A stretch of 56,183 nt of DNA, counting the filler, from Jimgerdemannia flammicorona (taxonomy: Eukaryota): NCBI GenBank assembly GCA_003990765.1. It is 3 parts of 3 records of this genome, joined end to end, with 100 filler letters (N's around TTAATTAATTAA, not from the genome) between each part and the next. Parts side by side here need not be neighbours in the genome. Positions count along the whole stretch, not along the records: positions 1 to 18,662 come from RBNJ01002143.1; positions 18,763 to 37,423 come from RBNJ01002144.1; 1 more part is not named here. The stretch is one strand, 5' to 3'. Position 1 is the first letter of the stretch; each line of letters opens with the position of its first letter. Under the pieces are notes generated by a model, which saw nothing but the letters and a program-made list of their open reading frames with translations, was not told where the DNA came from and made no database searches. This document shows, in pieces, positions 13,601 to 23,280 of this stretch. The position numbers were made by a program, and so were the translations under genes.

Positions 13601-16600
13601 CTTGGGCAATTTCTTGAGTTGTAGCTTATTGATGTGGATGATCTTTGGTCCAGAATTACTAGAGTTGAGTGGGTCTTTTTCATCTTGCAGTTTGAAGTTG
13701 TGGTGTCCTTTCTTGATGGTCAGAGAATGATTTACCCAATCAATCATGAGGTTCTCTTATTTCAACCATGGAGTTCCAAGAATGATCTCATTGTCAGAAA
13801 GTGGTACAATTTGAAGGATAACATGTACTTAGTAGTCACTAATTTGGAAGGGTAGATTGCAGACTTCTTTGCTGATAATATGAGAGGTTCCATCAGCTGT
13901 GGCAACTGCTTGAGTTTGTTGTACTGGAGATGTGAAGACCTTGAGTCTGTTGGCTGTTTCTTTATTGGTGAAGTTGCCTGAGGCACTGCTGTCTATCATA
14001 ATCTTGACAGGTGCTTGGTTGACAAAAGCTTGAAGTGTAAGCAGTTTGTCTGATCCAATGCTGGTGATTTCAGTTATAGGAGCTTTCCTTCTGTTAGTTC
14101 TTCTTTGAGCCAGTTTGTTGACATAAGAGAAGTAATCATCAATCATTCAGGAAGAGTACATTCCAATGCTATAGGGACATTGGCCACTTGGTACATATCC
14201 ATCTTCGATTTTCTTATAGAATTGTTCTTCCTTGTTCATAGTAGGTTGGGCTGGGGCCTTGTTTGATGAGCCAAATTCTTTGGATCCTTGGATAGTAGGT
14301 AGTAGTTCAGAGACTTCCTTGACTGTTAGGGTTGACTTGATTTTTTCGAATAGGATCTAGGCAATGTAGAAACCAATGAGAATCTTGAAGAGTGTCCAAC
14401 TATGGTTTTGGATAAGAACAATAATTTCACCTACATAATCTTTGTCAATGACTCCTCCTTCTACTGAGAGTCCTTTTAATGCTAGACTGCTGTGACAGCA
14501 TATTCTTCCAATATATCCTTCAGGGATTTAGATACTAATTTCTATATAGATTTGCTTGACTTCTTAGTTGGAGACTGTAGCTTCTTCAGCTACATACAGA
14601 TCATATCCAGCTGCTTTTTAACTTTCTTTGGTTGGGGTCTTAGCAGTTTGTCTTAACTTGACAAAGTCCAGTATTCTGGTAGTCAGGTTATTGAGATAGT
14701 GTAGAGTAGTAATAGTTGCTCATATTGCTGTTTGGGGTTTTCAGTTAGGGCAGGTACTGGCCATGTGTCCTGTTTTTTGGCAATAGAAGCATGCTCTGCT
14801 TCTTTGAAGTTCATTCCTTTCTCCTTTAGTAAATTTCTTGAAGGTACTTGGCTGAGTGGGTTCATGATTTCTAGATGTCCATGAGGTGGATGTGGAGGGA
14901 GCTCAGGGTGATTCATGCTTGGATTCTTCTTTCTTGGTCCAAGTCTTTTCCTTGTTATTAAATTGTCTTTGAGGCAGAATTGATCTAGCTATTAGAATTC
15001 ACTTGACCATAGTCTTAATTCTTGCCAGGAACCATTGTTGGTGATTGCAACCAACTGGGTGGCCTTGTTCTTGGATTTTTCTAGTAAGCCATTCAGGCAG
15101 GGCATTGAATAAATAGTCTGCTCTTGTACCATTTCGTGCTTCATCATTGGCAATATATCTTAGGTCAATAGTGTTCAGGAGTGACTCAAGTTTTATATAA
15201 AAGGTTTCAAATTCTTCTTTGTCATGTATATCAAATTTGAGGTTGTGGAGTTTTACTCGAGATTCAGCAATCATAGTTTCATTATAGTATTGAGCAATTA
15301 TGAGTTGCTTGAGTCTAGGGGCTGCAGGATGGGTGCCATATCCTGGGGCATTGTTTGCTGCATTCTGGGCAACTACTGCAGGTTGGGTATCCCATATGAG
15401 GGGTTTTTCAGGAAGAGTTTGCCACCATTCTTCAGCAGATCCTTGGAAGAATATAAAAACTTAGCAGACATAGGCTGTAGTGGTAGCAAAGAGTTGTTCC
15501 AGAGTGTGGTCTTGATTGTTTGTCAGAAGGTGGTCAGCAACTCACTCATTGGTCTATTGATTGGCTTTGAAGTTGGTGTCAACTATACTAATAAAGCTTT
15601 GGACTTCTTATATAGTACCATTGAAGATAGGTAGGCTCAGATTTTTAGTAGGTTGGGTTTGTTTGGCTAAGGTAGTAATGGTTGCTGCCATTATTACTAC
15701 CTGGGCTGTAAGGTCTAGAATCTGTTGGTTCACTATATTGTTTACTGGAGGCAGTTGAACTGCTGATAATAGTATTACTGGTACTACTTGAGATACTGGT
15801 ACAGAGTGTGATGGGGTTCTTTGGGTCTGTGTAAGTTGCTGGAGTAGTAATTGTAGGTCTGAAGTAAGGGCTTGATAGATAGCTGTTTGTTGCTATATAG
15901 GTGTATTCTGTTCTGATGGAGGTGTGTCTTCTTCAGTGGTGTATCCAGGATTGAATTCACTGAGATACTCCTCCTCCTCTTCAGTTTGGTCTCTGTATAA
16001 TTGGGTTTGCTCGGCATTAAAGTAGATAGAATTAGTTATATATCTGATTTCAGATAGACTTAATTCAAAGTCAAGTTCTGGTTCAGTATTGGTCTCAGAT
16101 TCAGGTAGAGCTATAGCAGGGCCTGCTTTAGGTTCAGGATCAGATTGTTGATGAAGAGTTTCTCTTACTTCTTCCTTAAGAATATGGTAGGCCTTACTAT
16201 TCTGGAATTGGTAGTATAATGCAGTCTTGGTCCTGGTATGGTGAAAGTTGGTAGAGTTGAGCCACTTAGCTACAGAGGCTTGGGCTTTGTGAGGGACTAA
16301 GACTAGAAAGACTGCTGCTGGTTATCCTAGGTCACTTGGATTTGTGGAGCTGACAAACTCTTATTGAGAAGAGTAAAGAAGGCTTCAATAAGACCTTCTT
16401 CATCTTGATTTGCTGGGTGTAGTGCAAGGAGTTCGGTGAATAGAGTTTCGCCTATTTGCTGGTTTAATTAGAGTACTTCTTTCTTTGAGTGAAGTTTGTC
16501 CCACTTATTGCAAGTGTGGAGGTCAAATTGTCCTTATACATCAGGTTCAATTCTCTCCAGATTGTCAGATGGTTCAGATAAATTCCAGTTCAGAGGTTGG
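10660..16600 (-). pseudogene. gag-pol polyprotein with many stops; 5' limit approximate
   Basis: CFYCQKTGHMASTC knuckle (~14750-14792); protease [39 protein letters not shown]; integrase GHLG..YWP..CNVCQ; chromodomain EYEVEQIL..EYLVKWKGYP (~10690-10815). Confidence 0.92.
14265..14670 (-). pseudogene. Trimeric dUTPase domain inside gypsy polyprotein, between nucleocapsid and protease
   Basis: AAGYDLY, PEGYIGRI..SSLA, GGVIDKDYVGEI, IA*IL, QGSKEFGSS (five motifs, degenerate); in frame with the CCHC knuckle. Confidence 0.9.
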
Positions 16601-16681
16601 GCTTTATACTAACTTATAGAAATTCTCAGAAAGGTTTATAGTGGGGTAAGGAAGCATCTTGAAGTGGAATTGGATTGTAAA

Positions 16682-16693
16682 CTGCTGCTACTA
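16682..16693 (-). other. Primer-binding site, probably tRNA-iMet
   Basis: TAGTAGCAGCAG 3 nt after the 5' LTR; reads as a G>A-mutated TGGTAGCAG-type PBS. Confidence 0.6.
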
Positions 16694-16696
16694 AGT

Positions 16697-17665
16697 TATA
16701 AGAGAGTTGCTTTTTAAGGTAATCATTATGTAGTTTTGGAAGGGTTTTCTGGAAGTTCTGGATATTCTGAAAAACTGTTTTCTTATGGTCAAGATCAATT
16801 TCATATGGAGTATATTCTCTATGCTTATTGATTTCAAGATTGGGTTGATATCTCAACCAAAGTCCTTTTTTAGACTAGTTCTGAATATTCAGGATTTTCT
16901 GTATTTTAGAAAATTCAAAAAACTAAGACCAGCTTAGTTGAATTGGTGTATCACTGCAGACAATACCCAATTAGGAAATTTCATAATGGAGTTAAGAGTA
17001 GGACCTAACAGAGAGTAAATTTACTTAAGAGTGATTTGTGGATTATTAAATAGGTTTATTTGCTATTCATAATATTGCTATACTAGGAGTAGTTGTGTAA
17101 AGAGATATTATGGGGAAGTGCTCAGGAGTTGTGTTTGAATTGTTCTTGTCTGGTGGTGTTTGACTATATCTTCCAGGAGGTGGCCGATCTGGTAGTAGCT
17201 TGAGATTTATCCAATTTGGTGGGCCTTGCTAAGCATATTTAGGACATTCTATTGGGCTTCTATGAAGTAGAGGGGTGTTAGGCTATGGATATTCATGAGG
17301 GGTAGAGGGGGTGTGACTCAGTTGATAATGGTATTCCAAATGTCAGTGCAGATATAGTTGTAGATCTTGGTAGTCATATTTATGTATTTGAAAGTTGTGA
17401 TTGTTATTTGTTTTGGTTCTCTGTTTTGATATGTCTTGGTGCTCAATATATATACATTTGGTTCTGATTGGTAAGATTCCATTTGTGTGAATCTTGTGTT
17501 CCATGACTTCATATTGACTCAGCTTTATATGCTGTGACTTTAGTTTGACTCAGCTTCATGATCATGCAGATGATTTCCAGATTTGTTCAGAGATTGTGTG
17601 TGATTTCAGTGGCTTGTTCAGAGGGTGATGTGTGATTTCTGTGGCTTAGAGGTTGTGTGCTTACA
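16697..17665 (-). repeat. 5' LTR (short 969-bp form)
   Basis: Direct repeat of 9248-10216; TSD ATAAT adjacent at 17666-17670. Confidence 0.93.
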
Positions 17666-17844
17666 ATAATTAAGAGATATTCTTTATTAATTTTGTATTC
17701 AGCAAGATATTGAGTTACTAATATTCAGTCTGGTTCTAATTTATAAAGTAGATTTAGAGATAAGATAAATAAGATAGATAAAATAGATGAGATAGATAAG
17801 ATATAATAGATGAAATATAATATATAAGATAGATATGATAAACA

Positions 17845-18444
17845 GCTCCTTTCTCTGCTATCTTACCAGTTACAAGGTTTGGTAGGCGACCTTCTGAGTC
17901 CCCTTTCCCCTAATATTACCCCCTCTACCTTGGGTTGATTTGCTGTACCTGCTGGGGCATAGTGGGAGGAGGGCAATGGTGCTGAGTTGCCCCTTTATCG
18001 GTATCAGATTAGTGCTTTCTCAACTTTTTTGCAGATTCTGGTGCCTTTAGCTATATCTGGAGTATACCTGTTTTGGTGCAGCACCTTCTTCCTTTTGCCA
18101 TTACCAATAAGGAGTTGTCTCAGTATGTCTTGGGCTATATAGGGAGTCGGCTGACCTTGGGCATCGAGTACTCAGTGTAGGTTACCTGCAGGTCTTCAGT
18201 GCCTATGGTAGGGCCCTCTGGCTTTGGTGAGCTTCCTGGCAAGTATGGTTCTGGCATAGGTGACTGTTTTTCAGGTATTGTCGGGATGGGAGGGGAGATG
18301 GCCATTACAGATAGGAGAATGGATGATAACAGTGAACCAGTAGGGTGTCAGGCTAGGGATGGTCATTGGGGCTGGGGTGGGTGCTGCTTCAGTGGGGCCT
18401 TTTGATTGGTGCAGTGTAGTTAGGTGGTAGGTATCACTCTCGGC
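17845..18444 (+). mobile_element. 5' half of the 1.2-kb poly(A) retroposon family, interrupted by a hAT-type insertion
   Basis: Begins GCTCCTTTCTCTGCTATCTTACCAGT, matching the reverse complement of the element ends at 24840 and 39397. Confidence 0.8.
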
Positions 18445-18662
18445 TAGTGCTCCTAACGAGTCAATTTAATCCGGATTGGATTCGGATTGATTCGGATTGA
18501 ATCCCATCCGGATCAACTCGGATGGGATTCGAATCGGATTCGAATCAACCATTGTTTTGATTTCCAAATTAGACAATTAAATGTTTACATCAATAATTTG
18601 ATGAATAATCATCCAAATTTGATGATCTTGGTGTCATTTGAAAGCCCTTAATAAAGCCTATC
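18445..18662. mobile_element. hAT-type MITE end, truncated by contig end
   Basis: TAGTGCTCCTAACGA terminus like the 22780 element; subterminal TCGGATT/GAATC repeats. Confidence 0.65.
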
Positions 18663-18762
18663 NNNNNNNNNNNNNNNNNNNNNNNNNNNNNNNNNNNNNN
18701 NNNNNNTTAATTAATTAANNNNNNNNNNNNNNNNNNNNNNNNNNNNNNNNNNNNNNNNNNNN
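18663..18762. other. Artificial contig spacer
   Basis: 44 N + TTAATTAATTAA (stop in all six frames) + 44 N. Confidence 0.97.
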
Positions 18763-18923
18763 AAAAAAAAAAAAAAAAAAAAAATCAAATTCAGATATTA
18801 GTTATTGTCACTTACCATGGCCATGATGCTTGATGCATGTTAGATATGTAAATCTATTGTTTGACATATTTATTTATGTTTATCAATCTCCCCCCAGCCT
18901 GCTACTTTATGATCTTTGCTCAG

Positions 18924-21038
18924 GAGGCCTGACGGCCGTGCCAGCCACAGCGGTAAACATGCGACTAGGCTCCACTGCGGCGGCGGGCGGTCCGTCGATC
19001 GTTGGCATGTGAGTGTTTATATGTGTTACATAGGCGGGTACCACCACGCGACCTCTATCATATTCCACCGCAACGCCAACAAGAACGTTTGGAGCGAAAA
19101 TCATGCATCACAATCCATCCCATGCCGCGTAGGTGGATTCGCCACGACCCACGTGTTCCCACCGACCGGCTCGTCCAGTTCGCAGCGCTAGTCTACACGC
19201 GCACGGTGAGGCGCGCGGAAGACGATCACAGGGGGTTGGTGGCCATAATTTCGCAGGACGGTGAGGAGGAGGGGGTGGTGAAGGCGTGGTACCAGGCTGA
19301 GGAGGAGGAGGTAAGTTTTGGGTTTGGTGGGTCGTGGATACCTTATTTTCCACATTCATCCTTAACGTGCGCCGACGAATAACATTTTCATTGTATCAAA
19401 AGCCTCCGGAGTCATCAGTCGAGATCCTTACTGTCACCCACGACCTAGACCTTGCTGCTCTTGAGCGGGGTAACAGTGTCGCGCCGGTCCGGCTCGAGGG
19501 GACAGCGTTTGTGCGGGCCGCGGAGCCGGAGGCGCAGGGTTGGCGGGGGGAGAAAGAACGAAATGTGCAGGAAGTTCGGACGGATTGGAAGCGAAAAGAG
19601 TGGCAGGCGATGGAAATCCGGGACCTCGCGCCGGAGGAGGATCGAAGTTTTGTACGTTCCGAGATGCTGGAGCAGAGCGGATGGTAAGATAAGCCACCTC
19701 ACTGATCTTCTTTTCTGATTGCTTGGTGCTTTCGGAAACGAGAGGAACTACGATTGTATCGATAGCACATATGTAATTAAGTCATGTGCGTTCTTATCCT
19801 TCAGGTTGGAATATGACCGCCATATGCAACTCCCGCCCAGCCTTTTTCGGATACCGCCACGACACACCAACACCCTTTCCGAACCAGATATTGGTGCAAA
19901 TCACTCCATCCCCGTAACGTACAAATCTTCCGCCATCCAGTCACCGATCGTGGCGAAACCTGCCATGGCTACAGTCGGCACCAACACGACATATTTCTAT
20001 CCAAACGACCGACCCGGAAAACCAATGCCAGTCCGACAAAGGGATTCCGCAACAAAAACAAATACGACGATCTTTGCACGGGATTTCGTCGCACCGCGAC
20101 GGCTCGATGCCACCGCTCTATCGTCACGACCCAACGATTTGCGTCGGCAACTACCGGACACTCCACCGCTCCGCACCGAGGATCTCGACCGCACGGCGGC
20201 GATATCGCTCGCCACCAGGGATTTCGACCCGATGGCGATGCAGAACGATGAGACCATGTGGACAGCGCCCGTCAACGGCGTCACGTACCGGCCACTGTTT
20301 GAGGTGGTTGCTGTGCCATCCGTGCGGGTCGACGAAAGTGCGGGGACGGGCGGGCGCATTCGGAGATGGGGAGAGGGAGTCGAGGATCATCAAACTCCGC
20401 CGTTCGATGATCGTAACCGGGAGGAGGATGAGGAGGAGGCGCTGATGCGGAGAGTGAGCGAGGCGTTGACGCCTGTCGGGACGAGCATGTATGATGAGCG
20501 GAGCGTGGTTGAAGGACAAGAAATCATTGCGAGGCTGGTTGATGATCCGGAGAAGACATTTATGTTTTTGGGGGAGGGGGGGGAGAGTGCTGGGGTCGAG
20601 CGCGCGCGCGCGGGGGATCAGGGATCGGATGGACGATACCGGTGGGATGTGGGCGAAACGGTGCAAGAAGGGGTAAGCCCTACTTTATAATTTATGCCCC
20701 AATTTTTATTTATTTTATTTATTTCCTTTCATTTCACTTGGTGGGAGCGTCACCATTTGGCATCAATATTCAAAAGAGCAAAACAGCATAAAATAAATTA
20801 TCATTATTTTACAAATACTCACTGCCCAAACTCGATTCATTTCTTTCGGCTACTAACCGATTACACAACGCAGCCCACCCTCGCCCGCATCACCGCCAAG
20901 TACATGCCGCTGACAGCGTCGGCCTGGAACGCGGTGGAGGGGACGACGCATGGCACAGACGGGTACTCATACGCTACGCTCGAGTACCTGAGAAAGTTCG
21001 AGCTGGTCAATCGGGGCCGCCGGGGATCTGGATCTTGA
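18924..21038 (+). CDS. STIL/Ana2-like centriole assembly protein, 5'-truncated; exons 18924-19008, 19133-19310, 19403-19683, 19805-20672, 20874-21038
   Basis: Spliced product PSIVGMWIRHDPRVPTDRLVQFAALVY...GLVAII...AWYQ resembles the STIL N-terminal domain; C-terminal ARITAKYM...SYATLEYLRKFEL resembles the STAN motif; canonical GT-AG, branch point TACTAAC at 20851. Confidence 0.65.
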
Positions 21039-22158
21039 GAACGGGTCGAGTTGGACTTGAAGGTGGGAGGTGAATTGATGGACTCATTTCGTTCAATGTA
21101 TCTCATTGACCACTTGAATATTATGTAGGTTGGCCGTTTGTAATGTGGAACGTCTGTTGCTCCGTTAGTACTGCGAATGTTAGAAGTCATGAGCAAATGA
21201 TGATCGGGCTTACCGCAAAATTTAGGAGAGATTCAAGTTTAATATTTTAATGTCGCAGGATGGTTGACGAAATCAGATACACTAGATACATCTTTCAACA
21301 CTGTGCTGTGCTGTTTGTAGGAACGATTTCGTTTTGGTTTAAAATTGTTATCACGGTTTTTTGTTTTTGATGTCTTTTTTTCTTTCTCATTCCAGCTATG
21401 ACATTTGCAATCTAAAAACGCTTCACCATCAAATTCCAATAATAATAATAATAATAATAATTTTATCTTGCTTTATATTCTCGGCATTTAGATTTTGGTA
21501 ATCGGTCTATTTGGCGCCCGATGAACGCCCTCAGAAGGACCAGATCGGCTCTTTAGGTTTGCTCCGGTCTCTCTCGTATATGGAAGGATTTAGTCGGTGA
21601 TCGTTGACATGAATAGTACCCGAGCGACGCCACATGTGGCAAAAGCGAATGTCCCGAAAAGCATTGCGCGTACTCCTTTCGCGCCAGGTGTGGTTAGATC
21701 AGTGTAGCTAGGCTATTGGTAGATTGGTCAAATGTTTTCGCGTGATCAACTTTGTTTTTCCACGCATCCGTGCATGAGCATGTGGGTCACCTACGTCAAA
21801 CGGGAGAATGTCGACATTCGTACTAACTCATTACAATCCGTGCATTACGCTTGCTGTGTCAGGAAATATCCCTTTGCGAATGAATTGATATTTTTTGAGA
21901 TGTTAGGTACGTAACAGACATCGTTATATAATAATTGGCCAGCTCAGGTCGTCTGTTTTAAAGTATTATAAAAGCCCAGAGCCTCAGCCAGCTCCATTTT
22001 ATCCTCAGCTCGCGGCAGCGCTAGTATAGACATATCCATCTTTCTCATTAGCTTTTTATTCATCACCTCTACCTCAACTCTTCTCATCCGTCGGAACATC
22101 CCAATCAACCAACAGTATTACTTCAACCTCACTGCCAAACGTGCAATTATTCCATCAG

Positions 22159-22680
22159 ACGCTGCCTGTTGATTGCTTTGAAAATATCTCTCAATGCTTC
22201 AATAAAGAACCTTCAACCCCACCATGGTGGCGCTGCTTGATTGCATTTTGCAACAACCTGATGCAACCTCCTCGTCGTTGACCGACGTTATCGACATCTG
22301 CGCAGCATCCCAAGGACTGTACGACGCGGACCTCAACATCACTCTTACCCCCAAGCCCACCAAGATGTTCCTCCAGTCGCGTGCGCCTAAGACCGCGATC
22401 ACCGCGTATCGCAACAAGCTCATGGAGACTTCTATTGTTCGTAGGAGACAGCCTTTCATGCACCGCGCCAGGAGCACTACAACTCGAGATACCACTCGAA
22501 TAGCTATTCGAGCAACCGTAGGGATATTTATAGTGGCAAGCTATCAGGTGAGTGTTCTCTGTTATGTTGAACAATTGCTTGATTCGATCGCATTATCCAG
22601 TGTTATCCTCTTATATTATGCACATTATTGTGGGAGCCTGCGGCTGAACCAATACCAATGAGGATGACATTGTGGCCTTG
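22159..22680 (+). pseudogene. Possible F-box gene remnant with frameshift
   Basis: TLPVDCFENISQCF then LLDCIL in another frame; GTGAGT and GTAAGC donors; TATAAAAG at ~21967. Confidence 0.3.
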
Positions 22681-22779
22681 GTAAGCGCAACCGCATCGTT
22701 ATGTTTTCCTACTGTGATCAGAGACGACAATGTTGCAAAACAAGTCGTTACCAAACAAAGAACACATCCCTGTAGAAGT

Positions 22780-23073
22780 TAGTGCTCCCAAACGAATCGA
22801 ATCGAAGATATCAAATTGAGATCCAATTTCAATTCAAAATTTTTATCCCAATTTCAAAATGTAATAACTCGATGAAAACACATCCGAATTTAATATTCTT
22901 TGTTGTGCTATATTCACCATAATAAGGTGTATCTAACAAGCTAAAATTCATTAAATTAGGATATGTTTTGGTTGAGTTATTGAATTTTGAAAAATTAGGT
23001 TCGAATCAAACTTTGAATCGAATTGGGCCTCATGGAATCGAATTGGGGTCAATTCGATTCGTTCTGAGCACTA
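22780..23073. mobile_element. hAT-family MITE, 294 bp
   Basis: TIRs TAGTGCTC..AACGAATCGAAT; perfect 8-bp TSD GTAGAAGT (22772-22779, 23074-23081); internal inverted repeat. Confidence 0.92.
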
Positions 23074-23280
23074 GTAGAAGTCTTTTCTCTTACTTAAGGC
23101 TGCAGTCAAAATTTGAGTCAAAAGGTTAGCATTTTGGTGATAAAAATGACTTTGTGATTGATTTAAACATAATGCTTACATTTTAGATTAATGCAATAGT
23201 TCTAAGCTATGCATTTTAAGCAAAGACCTCTGATATCTCATTCCATTTACTATCATATACAAAACAATAAGGTAGATATT

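Larger units (their letters stand above)
9248..17665 (-). mobile_element. Full-length Ty3/gypsy chromovirus-type LTR retrotransposon (gag-CCHC-dUTPase-PR-RT-RH-IN-chromodomain), inactivated
   Basis: 969-bp direct LTRs; 5-bp TSD ATAAT at 9243-9247 and 17666-17670; PBS and PPT present; pol motifs below. Confidence 0.95.

Noticed and set aside
18707..18718. Palindrome TTAATTAATTAA as a biological site
   Set aside because: Centred in N runs at both gaps; an artificial six-frame stop linker.
19034..19132. In-frame extension RVPPRDLYHIPPQ... as coding exon
   Set aside because: The acceptor at 19132 restores the contiguous IVGMW motif, so this stretch is more likely intron; alternative splicing is not excluded.
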